A stretch of 64,000 nt of DNA. Source: Eledone cirrhosa (lineage: Eukaryota). Below, one piece after another: positions 50,941 to 64,000 of this stretch. The notes under the pieces are model-generated. The model saw only the letters and a program-made list of their open reading frames with translations. It was not told the origin of the DNA and made no database searches. Position numbers and translations under genes: made by a program. The stretch spans positions 346,084,001-346,148,000 of the forward strand of contig OZ024741.1 in the NCBI GenBank assembly GCA_964016885.1, read 5' to 3'. Every line of letters starts with the position of its first letter. The stretch's first letter is position 1.

Positions 50941-53305
50941 CACCAAAATCAAGAAAAACAATAACAACAAATATTACTACCATAAACATAAACACGGAAA
51001 TACCACATACCACTAATTCTACTATGATAATGTCAGGCTATTGTTTTGTGAAAGCAGCCAAAGTGACAGACACGTTCCAAATAACCGAATAGAATTTTAC
51101 TAAGGCCATGCAGCTCGTGACAAGATTCGACCGAAACGTGCCATTGGCTGTCCAGAAACATGTTCACAAGGAAACAATTATGAGGTCTGTTATATACAAG
51201 TGCTTATGCATACTGACCAGGAAGCTTGTGAAAGGACAAATGGACCAAACAGAATATGCCTTTGACCAATTTGGGGATCAAACTAATGTAATGCAAGGAA
51301 AACTATTCAGCAGTGTGGAGGTGGGGTTACTAAATGAAGTAGATGTCAGAAAACACTTGATTGATACGTTATATTAGTGACTTCAGATAAACCCCAGACT
51401 GGAATTTAGAACAGAAAATAAAGGACCACAACTAAATACTTGATGTTAATTTGCGTAAAGCTGCAACGTGTCTGCTTAGCTTGCACGAAACGTAAAAGTC
51501 TATTAACTCAATCATACTGCTTGAAGAAAACAGAATAAAGGCATAGGCTACTATGTCAAACCTTTTACTTCAATAGTACCGAATAGAAAAGGCTATTATG
51601 TGAAGCATATTACTGAAATAATACAGAATTCAGAAGAATCTATTAGTTCAGACATATTCCAGGAATACTATAAGGTAGAGGAAAAGACAACCACAGAAGT
51701 TAAGTATTATGTTCATCTTGAAATTCAGGGAGATGGAGGAAAAGTCGTTGATAGCTAGATTTGAACTCAAATCAAACGAATCTATGAAAACTCTATTAAC
51801 TATTTTGCCAGTTTCATGCTGATTCTGTCGCTCGTGGACGTCCAATATAATAACTTTCATCTGCGTCAGAAGACTGTAATGTTTGAGTGGTCGTGCTGTG
51901 TGTATATGGATGTAGGAGCACAAACCGCTGTATCAAATAAATTTCAATTCTTGAGTGTTATTTATTTGAAAACAACCTTCATAAGATTAATGTCAATAAT
52001 CGACCGCAGGGAGGTTCAAAGTTGCTGGTTGAGAATGTCTGCACTAATACCACGTTGTTAGATTGTATGTATATATCGTCTGTGTTGTGCAGTGTTGCAT
52101 AAATAATGTTGCTTCACGCTCGCTGTTGACCTTTGTGTATTGACCTTCTGGGTATTTCTATTGATGAATGAGTGTGAGAGAATTTTGTATATATGCATAA
52201 AAGAACCCAGGAATCTCCGTCATTTTTGACGAGGAGTGGTACTAGTCGATCAACAGCTCTTCAATTAGTTAAGGTTTGCAAATGGTTGGATATTCCATCG
52301 ACATATGAAGACGTAACTTAATTCTCATGAAAATTAAGTGTTTCATCAGGTGTTTCATGTATTCTATACAGTATACGTCAACTCAATTTCTCTCATACAA
52401 TTTGTGTTGAGGCGCAGCTATTATAGGAAACTATTTTCAAGATGCTCCGCTACTGTATAAGAGCTCAGGATTGTGAAGTGAACTTCTTAACTATTACAAT
52501 GAGAAACACCATCCTTTGGTTTTCTTTACAGGTTTTATACTGATATTTTCAAAATATACATCTATGTACATGTTAATCGTTAGACCTGTTATAAGTAGCA
52601 GCCAAATTACACCCACATAGCATCATTGATTCTCTAAAGTAAATAAGGATAGATGAGACGATGTAGTGAATAATATATAAAAAGAGCATTTAATGAAGAG
52701 TTTATTCAAGACACGAAAACATCTCATCATAGATTTTATTAATCAAACTTAACCTGAGGCTAAACAAGGAGACTACTACCAGCAGCATATATACTTTTAA
52801 TAAGATCATCAAAATAGTAATAAACCAATAAAGGAAGAATTACTGGAGCTGAATATTTTCAAGAAACAGCTTATAAAAATTCAAATGATTTTCATATACT
52901 AAAAATAGGTCTTTGTTTTTCCAATCAAATCATCTGCTAATATACCTCCAGGAACAATTTGAGAAAATACAATTCAGTGATTTCCCCTTTGCTATTTCTA
53001 CGCCATTTGACCTCTTTGAACTAGGAGACAAATAAGACTCTAACCACGTTCTGTCATTAAAAATGTGAGGGATAAATTTGATAATACCACCGTATCAAGG
53101 TGTGCATAAACCTCCGACTAAAACACAAATACCTGTAGTGGAACTTGAACTCGGAGTCAGATCATTGGTATTCTCATCGCTCCTTACGTAACTATTTCTA
53201 CAAACCACAGAAAAAAATCGTGAAGATGAATGTTGGTGTATTACAAAAAATAAAGAAACATGAACGACAGCAAAAACAAATCCAACAAAAATATAGTAAA
53301 GTATC

Positions 53306-53348
<43 letters not shown>

Positions 53349-53825
53349 CGTGTGTGCGTGCGCGCTCGCGCGCGTGTGTGTGTGTGCGTGTGTGTGTGTG
53401 AGTGTTTGAATGGGTGTATGTGTTTGAATGTGGAGAAGAGATATTGAGAAATTTGATAAGAATGTAGAGACTAATGAAAATGGATTTATGTCCATCACAA
53501 ACAAGAGACACCTGATACTAAAACGTAGTGGTAGTATGGGGATGGAGGAAGATTTAAAATTTTAAATTATATTCTTACTTAACTTTTAAAATAATAACTA
53601 TAAAAAAGCCCAGAATACAACAAAAAATTATTACCAAAAATTGATTGAGAATGCTGATTTTTAAAAGTCCCGTCTTTGAGAAAACGTAGAAAATATTTAC
53701 GTGTTTAGAATTACAAATTGCTATAAACAACGGACACCATTAACATTTTATTTCGTTTTAGTTATCTAAATTGCATTGTTCTTCTTGTTCTTTTATTGTT
53801 GTTCTTGTTCTTGTTTATTATTATT

Positions 53826-54720
53826 ACAGTTGCATTTAGCTTCCTTTATGTTCATACGAGTTATCACCAAGTCACAACCAGTGACCTAAAGAGACAACAA
53901 GGTCCGCCATGTTCAAGAAAGAACATACATACACACACATGCATCTTTAGCTGTTTAGACTTGTGATGTACTTATATTGACAGAATCTTCCTTAGTATAT
54001 GGGCAGTTCCCATTAGTACTATCTTTTGTATTTCTCCTATACGCGGGTTTCCTTGGATTTGCGATAAGTAATCATTAGACCCCTTAGGTATCATTCCTAG
54101 AGCGCCTACAACCACTGGTATTGTTTTAGTTCTTAATTTCCACATTTTTCCAATTTCTATCTCCAGGTCCTTATACTTGCTCAATTTTTCAAATGTTTTT
54201 ATAGATACATTCTTGTCTATTGGAACGGACATATCAATTAGAAGGCATACCCTCTTTTTAAAGTCCTTCAGTATTATTATTATTATTATTACAGCTGCAT
54301 TTATCTTGCTTTATGTTCATACGAATTATCACCAAGTCACAACCAGTGACTTCAAGAGACAACAAGGTCCGCCATGTTCAAGAAAGAACATACATATTCA
54401 CACATGCATCTTTAGTGTTTAGACTTGTGATGTACTTATATTGACAGAATCTTCCTTAGTATATGGGCAGTTCCCATTAGTACTATCTTTCGTATTTCTC
54501 CTATACGCGGGTTTCCTTGGATTTGCGATAAGTAATCATTAGACCCCTAGAGCGCCTACAACCACTGGTATTGTTTTAGTTCTCAATTTCCACATTTTTC
54601 CAATTTCTATCTCCAGGTCCTTATACTTGCTCAATTTTTCAAATGTTTTTATAGATACATTCTTGTCTATTGGAACGGACATATCAATTAGAAGGCATAC
54701 CCTCTTTTTAAAGTCCTTCA
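53826..54720 (-). mobile_element. Two short 5'-truncated R4/Dong-like copies in tandem (53826-54270, 54291-54720)
   Basis: RLE C-terminus ...EKLSKYKDL...PVVVGALG...VLMGTAHILRKILSI plus 3' UTR, separated by (TAA)n. Confidence 0.9.
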
Positions 54721-54740
54721 GTATTATTATTATTATTATT

Positions 54741-56044
54741 ACAGCTGCATTTATCTTGCTTTATGTTCATACGAATTATCACCAAGTCACAACCAGTGAC
54801 TTCAAGAGACAACAAGGTCCGCCATGTTCAAGAAAGAACATACATATTCACACATGCATCTTTAGTGTTTAGACTTGTGATGTACTTATATAGACAGAAT
54901 CTTCCTTAGTATATGGGCAGTTCCCATTAGTACTATCTTTCGTATTTCTCCTATACGCGGGTTTCCTTGGATTTGCGATAAGTAATCATTAGACCCCTAG
55001 AGCGCCTACAACCACTGGTATTGTTTTAGTTCTCAATTTCCACATTTTTCCAATTTCTATCTCCAGGTCCTTATACTTGCTCAATTTTTCAAATGTTTTT
55101 ATAGATACATTCTTGTCTATTGGAACGGACATATCAATTAGCAGGCATACTCTCTTTTTAAAGTCCTTCAATATTATATCAGGTCTATTTGCATCTATTT
55201 TTCGGTCTGTTTGGATGCTAAAGTTCCACAAGATTGCGATGTGATCTTTTTCAAGTATGGGAGGTGGTTGATGCTCCCACCAATTCTTTTGATGGGACAG
55301 GTCAAAATGCTTACATATTATCCAATGTATGTATTGTGCAGCTCTGTCATGCCTGTTTAGGTACTCGGTTGGAGTTATAGGACTGCACATTGAAATTATA
55401 TGGTCAATGGTCTCTGGTTGTTTTTTTACATACACGGCATAATGGGCTGCATCCATTTTTTATTATGTTGGCTTGGTAATTTTTTGTTGGCAGACACTGA
55501 TCTTGTGCTGATATAATCAGTCCTTCAGTCTCCGATTTCAGTCCAGAAGATGCCAACCACTGATGGGTTAAAGTTTTGTCAACATCAGGATTGTTAGCTC
55601 GTTCTGGGTATTTTCCATACAGAGACTTTTCTTGCCATTTCTTAGCCAGTTTCTGTAGCAGTTCTTTCTTTGCAGTTACTTTTACCTGCTTTGCTTTATC
55701 TGTGTTTTCCATTTCAGCAGTAAATGGGACTTGTGAAATGTGTAGTCCATTACTGTATCATTGTGCATCTTTTGTAATGGAGTATGATCTTTTGATGCTT
55801 TCGTGTTTCAAAACGAGTATGATCATCCAATCATGTGATTCCCTTAGATATGTAGATAATCAGTTTTCAACGCAATGTCTAACTGGATTAACCCGCGTCC
55901 TCCTTCTTTCCTAGGGAGATATATTCTATCTGTATCTGCTTTAGGGTGATGCATTCTGTGCATGGTTAAGAATTTTCGAATTTTTGTATCGAGCCTACGG
56001 ATCTCTGTGCTTGACCAGTTGATGACATTGTAACTGTAGGTTAC
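54741..56044 (-). mobile_element. Longer 5'-truncated R4/Dong-like copy
   Basis: HHPKADTDRIYLPRKEGGRGL, CCHC knuckle CRVCKK..ETIDHIISMC, RHD, and RPD...D...K restriction-like endonuclease. Frameshifted; TAA flanks. Confidence 0.92.
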
Positions 56045-56078
<34 letters not shown>

Positions 56079-56086
56079 GTTGTTAT

Positions 56087-56549
56087 TCCTTGAATCTCAG
56101 TCATTGATGTTGGTTAACTGGAAAGTCCGTTGGAATGAATATCAAGCCACTACCTGCAGCCTCAGATATTCAGGACGTATCGGAGGGTTCTTGCTGTTCC
56201 AAGCAAGCATGCCTTTTGAAGCGTTCCAAAAAGCGTGAAGGGGCCGATTTTCTTTAACCATCCCTGGAAACTTTTGGAGATAGTCCCCAGTGCGCCTATG
56301 ACAATCGGGATCACTTTGACTTCATGGCAGTTCCAAATCCTTTTCACCCCCCACTTTAGGTCCTGGTATCGGTTAATTTTCTCCCTCTCCTTCTCTTGCA
56401 CTCTCGTGTCGAAAGGGCAGGCCACATCCACAATCAGACACGATCTTTTTTCTTTGTCCACAACCACCAGGTCAGGTCTATTGTGTTCCAGTTTTTTGTC
56501 CGTCTGTATCCTAAAATCCCACAGCACCTTCACCTGATTGTTCTCCATC

Positions 56550-56595
<46 letters not shown>

Positions 56596-57146
56596 GTTCT
56601 TTGAGTCTCAGTCATTGATGTTAGTTAACTGGAAAGTTTGTTGAAATGAATATCAAGCTACTACCTGCAGCCTCAGATATTCAGGACGTATCGGAGGGTT
56701 CTTGCTGTTCCCAGCAAGCATGCCCGTTGAAGCGTTCCAAAAAGCGGGGCGGGGCCAACTTTCTTTAACCATCCCTGGAAACTTTTTGAGATAGTACCTA
56801 GTGCGCCTATGACAATCGGGACCACTTTGACTTCATGGCAGTTCCAAATCCTTTTTACCTCCCACTTTAAGTCCTGGTATCGGTTAATTTTCTCCCTCTC
56901 CTTCTTTTGCACTCTCGTGTCGAATGGGCAGGCCACATCCACAATCAGGTACGATCTTTTTTCCTTGTCCAAAACCACCAGGTCAGGTCTATTGTGTTCC
57001 AGTTTCTTGTCCGTCTGTATCCTAAAATCCCACAGCACCTTCACCTGATCGTTTTCTATCACCGACTCTGGCTTATGCTCATACCACTTCTCAGAATGTG
57101 GTAAATTGTTTACTTTGCATAGGTGCCAGTGGATCACCCTGCCCAT
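56087..57146 (-). mobile_element. Two 5'-truncated copies of a second R4/Dong-like family (56087-56549, 56597-57146)
   Basis: WDFRIQTDKKLEHNRPDLVV...VDVACPFD...EKINRYQDL...PIVIGALG...ACLLGTARTLR with open frames and TAA flanks. Confidence 0.92.
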
Positions 57147-57544
57147 TATTATTATTATTATTATTGGCGACCTACGTAGGAAATCGTATTATCGTGAGCT
57201 CCGCAAAGGTTTGTTATTTCCGTTTGTTTAAAAATTGCCATTTATGGAAAATTTTATTGTAAACTGTTTATAAGCACACATACATTGTTTTCCGAAAAGG
57301 ACACCCAAAAAGATTGGGGCCTTGTGCCCAAAATTTTAACTTTTATTATTATCCAAAAATTTCTTTGAAAAAAAATGGCTAATTCCCCTGTGCACGAAGC
57401 AGCCGAAAGCCTTCCTCACAAAATAACACCCCACACCGACACCACCATTGTAAATGTTACTACGTTTGCCAACACAAAAAAAATATAAGCAGTAGCAATA
57501 TTTTAAATTTGTCTCAGGCAGACATTCATTTCCCACCATTACCA

Positions 57545-59361
57545 ATGACTGCAGGTGTTAAACCCTCCACCACCACCACCACCGCGACAACCACCACCAC
57601 CACCACCACCGCGACAACAGAAACAAAAGTAGAAAAAAATAAATTAACTCGTGACGTCGAAATGAAATCAAGCAAAATGGACTCTTCCCCACCAAAGACG
57701 ACTGACGTCACCACCACCACAACTGAAAATAAAATTAATATTAACGATAGCAACAACAACAACAATGACATTATAAAACCGACCCTCAGTTTCGCCATCG
57801 TAGCAAAACAATTCGAAGCGTTCACGGTAACTCAAGAAGATTTAGAAAATGCCAAACAAATGGTAAAGAAAGATGGGTACAGGGTCAGCCTCACCCCCCC
57901 ACCTAATAAAATGGAGCATCGGCGCCTGTGCACCGTGTCGTATAGAACAATAAATGTAAAATCGCGCCGAGTGGAACGGGCATCCGAGTCCCAAATCCAA
58001 AAAGCTTTGGGACATGTGTGGGCAAGAAAAACCCACATCAGACGTGGGCAAAAGTATGGAACCGTGGATGTGTTCTTTGAAACACCAGAGGAGGCTAGAG
58101 AACACTCCATGGCCCCATTAAAAAGTGACGACCTCACACTCGTCCCAAGCTATTGTGGCCAGATACTCGTAAAGATCAGGGTGACCCACGTTCCACCGGC
58201 CATCGAAATTCCCTGGCTAATAGCGGCTGTCCTCGCCGGCATCGAAGCCAACACGAAAATAATAGCAGTAGCAAAAGAAAAGCAGGAAAACTGGTCCGGA
58301 TCTGGGATGGAGCTCCTGATCCGAGCGGACCAAAAAAGCATTGAGGAGATCCCAGAGGTAATAGACCTCACTGACGGCAGCCACCTCACGGTAATTGTCG
58401 AGGGCAGAAGACCTAGGTGTGTCGTTTGTGGTGAAGGAACCCACCTAAGGGCTTTCTGCCCTCAGGCTAAAAGGTTGAGGCCACCTCTCCTACCCACCCC
58501 AGTGACACAACCATCAACACCACCAGTAGCAGAGATGGCAGCAACAACTGTAGCAGCAACAACAGAAGCAACTATAACAGCAACAACCCCAGCAACAGTA
58601 GCAAAACCAACACCACTACCACCACCAGCAAAACCAACACCACCACCACCACCCAACGCTTCAGAACTAGCACCAGCGCCTACACCATCCACCACACCAC
58701 AACCAAAACTAACGGCTGTGGAGGATTTTCCACTCCCCGGCCTATCACAACTGGAGACAGATTGTGACGACGAGGAGTGGGAAACGATATCCGGAAAAAA
58801 AAAAGAAACCAAAAAAGAAAAAATTCTCTTCCTTCCCCCTCCAAAAACAAAATACAGAGGGAAACAAATAAACTAAGAAACAAAAAAGTTAGGACAGATA
58901 TGCCACCATCCACACCAGCATCACCAACCCCATCAACTCAAACACCAACACCATCACCATCATTATCCCCAGCACCACCATCACCTACACCACAAAAATC
59001 ACCAAAAAGCGAAACAGAAACAAACCCACAACAAACGCAAACAAAACAAAACAACCAAAACGATACACACTACACAGCATTAAATTTGAACAACAAGCAA
59101 TTATTACACTACATCCAACACAACACCAGCATCACAGAAAAAGACTACACAACAACCCCAAAATTCACACCACCTCCACACATACAAATCACTCGCATCA
59201 CACAGAAAACGTACATGACACTAAAACAAAAATTCCCCAAAGACTTCGGAGACTTCCGACAAGCACTCTCCAGGAGGATTTATAAGGACATCCTTCCTGA
59301 GGAGGCCACAAGCAGTGAAAAGGATGGAAAAGCCGTCCTTCCCCTACGAGAAGTAAGGTAA
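57545..59361 (+). CDS. Tx1 ORF1 (gag-like, CCHC zinc knuckle) with one frameshift in the A-run at ~58795-58804
   Basis: CVVCGEGTHLRAFC knuckle with Thr/Pro-rich low-complexity flanks. Frame 57509-58876 continues in frame 58777-59361, as the homolog at ~47680-47745 does without a shift. The start codon is uncertain. Confidence 0.8.
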
Positions 59362-59395
59362 GTGGTCTTTCCCATCTTTTCCACTCCTTTTCAAC

Positions 59396-62300
59396 ATGAC
59401 CTCACTCAGAATAGGCAGCATAAATGCGCGTGGCTTGGGGTCGTCATGGAAGCAGGGCCACCTGCTCAACGACCTCAGGTCACTAAACATAGATGTAGTG
59501 GCCATCAGCGAGACCAGAATCTCCGAAGCACAGGCTTTCGCACCGATCTTCGGCGGCTACGATGTGTACGCATCTCCCAGCCGTCCGGGATCGGGGGGAG
59601 GAGTTGCTGTGCTTTTTCGGAGAGGTTTGGATCTTGCCATACGGGCCATCTTCCTGGACCCAGAAGGTAAGTTGGTGGTGCTGGACGTGACCAGCGGAGA
59701 CGGGCAAGCTTTCAGGTTAGTGGCCGTCTATGCCCCGACAGGAGCAGGGCGGCCTGATTTCTTCCGGCGTCTGGAGACCTTTCTTGGAACGTCCCGCTCT
59801 TTAGTGTTAGTGGGCGACTGGAACGGGATCTTAGATGCACGCTGGGATTGTGTGGGATTAGTGGATAGGGAAGGAGGGTGCAAGAGTCTCACAAACCTGC
59901 TCAGACGTTTTGAACTGTCTGACAGGTACCGAATGGATTTCCCGAATGTACCAATGTGGACTTGGACAAATCGCATAGGGTCATCCAGATCATATCTAGA
60001 TAGAGTATTTTGTAGGGAAATAGATAGGTCTAGCATAGGCTGTCCACAATTCAAGATAGTCAGCTACACGGACCACAAATTCGTGATCTGTGTGCTTGAC
60101 TTAGATAGGCTTCATAGACGAGGACCCGGCTACTGGAAGTTAAACGCGTCCTTACCAGCGCGCAAGGCCTACAGAGACCGGATTAGCGAACTAGTTAAGC
60201 GGGCGTGGACGGGGGCCATCGTCAACAACAAGTGGTGGTTTGCTCTGAAAAGAGCAATTAGAATAGAGTCCATTAGGTTTAGTAAGACTTTATCAATAGA
60301 GAAAAATAGAGCAGAGGGAGAATTAGTTAGAAAATTAGATGAGGCGCTTAGCAAAGGCATCGCGACCGACGTACTTGCGGCGAAATTGGCCCTTGACCAA
60401 TTCTTCAATGCAAAGCACGAAGGCTGCGTTGTCAGAGCTAGGGTGCGTGCTCTCAGACACGAGGGGACGAAAGCCGTTCAATGGGCCCGAGTGGCGGAGG
60501 CGCGTCGTGGCAACAAAGCCACGATCCGGTCTTTGGTGGACCACGACGGGCGCATGCTACTCGATCCCGGGCAAATGTGTGAAGCTTTTCAGCGACACTT
60601 CGCTCAACTGTTCGGGGGCAGTGGCGGGCCGGATCGAGGGATGGACTTTAGTGTCTACCTCGACGGACTGCCGCGGCTTTCGGCCACTGAGGCGGAGTGT
60701 TGCGAAAAGCCAATAACAACCGCTGAAGTACGGGATGCAATGACTAGTTGCACAAGGGGTAAATCGCCTGGTTTGGATGGTCTGCCCTATGAACTTTACG
60801 TACAAATGCCAAACTTGTTCGGAGGCCTCTTGGCGGACGTCTACTGCAACTGGCAACAGAACGGGAGAATTCCCAGCTCTGTGAGCCGAGGAGCGGTGGC
60901 GCTGCTGAGAAAGGATCCGAACAAGGGGGATAACATAGATAATTTTAGGCCCATAACTCTGCTAAACACAGAGTTCAAGATTTTGGCCAAGGTGCTAGAA
61001 AAGAGGTTGGCGCTTGTCGTTGGTGGTCTGGTGGGAGAGGCACAGACATGCGCCATTCCCGACAGATCCATCCACGACAACCTCCACCTCATGCGATACA
61101 TCGTAGAGAGGGTAGCTAGGGAACCTGGCACGGGTGGGTCTTTGATCAATTTAGATCAGTCGAAAGCCTTCGATAGGGTCGACCATCGTTACCTAGCAGC
61201 AGTCCTGAGGGCGGCTGGCTTTGGGCCCGTCTTCAGACATCTGCTCTGTAGTGAGAGTGAACGGTCACCTTTCGGAACCGTTCAACATCATGCGCTCGGT
61301 CCGCCAAGGATGTCCCCTCTCGTCCCTATTGTACGTATTGACTCTCGAGCCATTACTGCACAAACTGGAGACGTTGAGGGGGGTCCCGCGCGAACTAGGA
61401 TGCGGAAGATCCGTGTCAGCATATGCGGACGATGTCACCGTAGAGGTGTCGAACGCCAAACACATCGAGGCGATCGGCACTACACTAAGAGAATACGAAG
61501 CGGTGACAGGAGCAATGATCAACCAGGAAAAGTCAGTGGGCCTGCAGCTCGGCACCTGGAGAGGCAGGTCCATGCCGTCCAACAGCGTCGTCTGGCGCTG
61601 GACGGACGGACCGGTTAAATTGCTAGGGGTCTGGTTCGGTCCAGACCTCCAGACGGACAAAAACTGGGACGAGGTGACGAGCAGGGTGGCTTCTCTCACC
61701 CAGAAATGGGCCGAGAGGAAGCTATCCCTGAAAGGTCGAGCGGAGGTGGCGAATGCGTACATCGCATCCGTCATCTACTACCGCCTGACCGTCGTACCTT
61801 GCCCTAAGCCCCGCCTGACTGCGCTGGAGCGTTTGCTCTTTCGCTTCTTGTGGAAGGGACGCGCTCCGATAGTCAGGCGGTCCATCTGCTGTCAACACCC
61901 GCTACGTGGAGGGCTGGGCATGCCGTGGCTGATGATGCGCAGACACGCGCTCAGGCTACGACATCTCCACCTCTTCCTCGACGGTGATCAGGTGTGGTCG
62001 CCGTTTGCAAGACACGTTTTTCCCCAGCTCGTCTCCTTGACGGAGCTGAAGTCCTGGGTCAAGCGAAGACCGAGAGGGAGCGCTTGGAGACTGGAATGTC
62101 TTCAGGCGCTCACAGCCCTCGACCAATCGGGCAATGTGATCGGTGGAAACTCCACCTTGGCGTTCTATAGGGGATTAGTGGAGGGGAAGAGCGACGACGT
62201 ACTTGGAGAAACTCTAGGCGTCGACGAAAATCAACTAGCCAATCTCTTCGGAAGGACTTTCGGGCCGGGGCCTATGGACAACTTCCAGAAATCCCTGGCC

Positions 62301-62789
62301 TGGCAGTGCTACCGAGGAGCTTTGCCAGTTCGGGATAAACTCTACAGGCATGGAGGTGCCGTCAGCCGGGCATGTCCGAGATGCGCGCAGGGCGACGAAA
62401 CCGTCCTGCACGCACTCGTCCAGTGTCCGAGCATTGCTGACTTGTGGGTTTATGTCGAACACCTGCTGTCACGTGTAGGACGGATCCAGCTATCAGCTGA
62501 GTCCATCGTGAGGATTGCCCCGCCCCCTTCCTTTAGCCTGGAAGGGCAGGCAGTTTTTATCTGTCTGGTGGCCATGGCGAAAGAGATAGTATGGTGGACA
62601 CGTTTGAAAGGGCTGAAGACGAGCACTTACCTCTTCGGTGATGCCCTGATTAACTTTCTCAAATTTCATTTGAAAAGGAAAATCAGGGTAGAGAGGGAAG
62701 TGCTCTCTTCCCAGCATTTTGTTGAAAGATGGGTGAGAGAAGCAAGTATGGCCCGAATGAATGGGCCTTCTCTGAGTATGTGTCTGTAA
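59396..62789 (+). CDS. Tx1 ORF2 (APE endonuclease + reverse transcriptase + zf-RVT), frameshifted by a ~26-nt deletion at ~61237
   Basis: GSINARGL, SETR, GDWN, YLDR, TDH; FRPITLLN, DQSKAFDRV, QGCPLS, YADD; CPRCAQGDETVLHALVQC. Sister copies have GWIAAMHS at the deletion point. Confidence 0.93.
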
Positions 62790-63031
62790 ATTAAAGGTGG
62801 AAAACTGGGAGAGGGCACTTGCCCTGGTGGTCAGGGCCACTGTGGTCTTTTAATGGGCTTTCTCCACAAATGTCCCTTGGAAGTCTCCCCCCTATTGGGG
62901 AATTTTTCTTTGTTATTTTATTTCAACCTCTGTTTTTTTACACGCAGAAATGCCCATTTGTACCGTCCTGTATTGTCCTGTACTGTCCTTAATGTCTACT
63001 TTATGTGAACCCTTGTGGTTAATAAAGAAAA

Positions 63032-63080
<49 letters not shown>

Positions 63081-63367
63081 TGTGATTTTACTTTTCCTTC
63101 AGTTTTTGTCTTCTAGACACCTAGGGCAGAGAAAGTCACTGCATACATCTATAAACCACAAAATTAAACACACCGGAATGTTCACGTCACGCTCTCTACA
63201 CAGTTAGATGTATAGCATTTGCTTTATACACGTGCACATTATCTGGTTTAAAAGCATATTTACAACAGACTGATAATCAATCATGTAAGAGCGCTCGATT
63301 ATTTACAACTTATATAATTATGGAATATAATCGGTAATGTAGTGACGACGCACAATAAAAGTAAAAC

Positions 63368-63912
63368 TAATAATTGTTTCTAATTTTTGGCACAAGGCCA
63401 GCAAATACCCAGTACATTACTGGTACTTTATTTTATCGACCCCGTAAGGATGAAAGGCAAAGTTAACCTCGGCGGGATTTGAACTCAGACTCTTAAGGGA
63501 CGTAAAACTAATAATTGTTTCTACTTTTGGCACAAGGCCAGCAATTACCCAGTGCATTACTGGTACTTTATTTTATCGACCCCGTAAGGATGAAAGGCAA
63601 AGTCAACCTCGGCGGGATTTGAACTCAGATCGTAAAGGGACGTAACTATGCTGGAAAGCATGGCGTCCGACCCTCTACCGATACTGCCAATCCACCGCCC
63701 TTCGGTTTTCTGATTTAGGCACAAAGCAGACAATTTTAAGAGAAGGAAACGTCGATTAAACCTACACCAGTTCATCTCTTAAACAGTTTATCAAACCTCT
63801 AAGGATGGAAGGCAAAGTTAACATCGGCAGAATTTGAACCACGAAGGGAAAGGGACATAACCCTCCGCGCCAAGCATGTTGTTCGACGTTCTACTAATAC
63901 TGTGAGTCCACC
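63368..63912 (-). mobile_element. Three stacked SINE copies (63368-63508 partial, 63510-63700 full, 63710-63912 old)
   Basis: Reverse complement of the SINE head, core and 3' end repeated three times. Confidence 0.88.
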
Positions 63913-64000
63913 GATGTATATTTTCTTTCAATATAACATCATTTCAATGTTGTAGTTTCCACTTTGATCTGCATTTCGTTTATAGTCTTCCATAATAAAG

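Larger units (their letters stand above)
57166..63032 (+). mobile_element. Full-length, nearly intact L1/Tx1-clade LINE (family B)
   Basis: 5' UTR, ORF1, ORF2 and a 3' UTR ending CCCTTGTGGTTAATAAAGAAAAC. (ATT)n at 57145-57165 and 63033-63080. Confidence 0.96.

Noticed and set aside
53826-57146. CRISPR-like or gene-family tandem array
   Set aside because: The units are retrotransposon 3' ends separated by TAA repeats, with no repeat-spacer structure, in a eukaryotic context.
58790-58810. Programmed -1 frameshift at the A-run in Tx1 ORF1
   Set aside because: The homologous segment in the 44433-49365 copy reads through in one frame, so a 1-nt deletion or homopolymer error is simpler.

Overview
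Repeat-saturated, AT-rich, microsatellite-dense eukaryotic DNA. The repeat repertoire suggests an octopus or other cephalopod, but this is inference only. No host protein-coding gene can be supported, and most ORFs in the track are translations of (TA)n/(CA)n/(GA)n tracts or antisense frames of retrotransposons. Identifiable elements: (1) four L1/Tx1-clade LINE copies plus a small fragment, one almost intact at 57166-63032, falling into two families flanked by different microsatellites (TATC/TC vs ATT); (2) seven R4/Dong-like restriction-endonuclease retrotransposon remnants stacked in (TAA)n tracts; (3) about 15 copies of a tRNA-derived SINE whose 3' end resembles the Tx1 3' end; (4) a CORE-type SINE, tandem non-autonomous Helitrons with an STPR-repeat ORF stub, an internally deleted mariner, and RTE- and CRE-like fragments. 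The most notable hidden signal is a dense set of type I hammerhead-ribozyme motifs between ~10.6 and ~40.3 kb. Six have fully canonical cores, two are U3-A8 compensatory variants and about ten are degenerate. They lie in several unrelated non-coding, tandem or fold-back units inserted in (TA)n, i.e. Penelope-like pseudo-LTRs or retrozymes. One fold-back insertion has the 3' part of U6 snRNA at its centre. All RNA structures were folded by eye; none was computed or tested.
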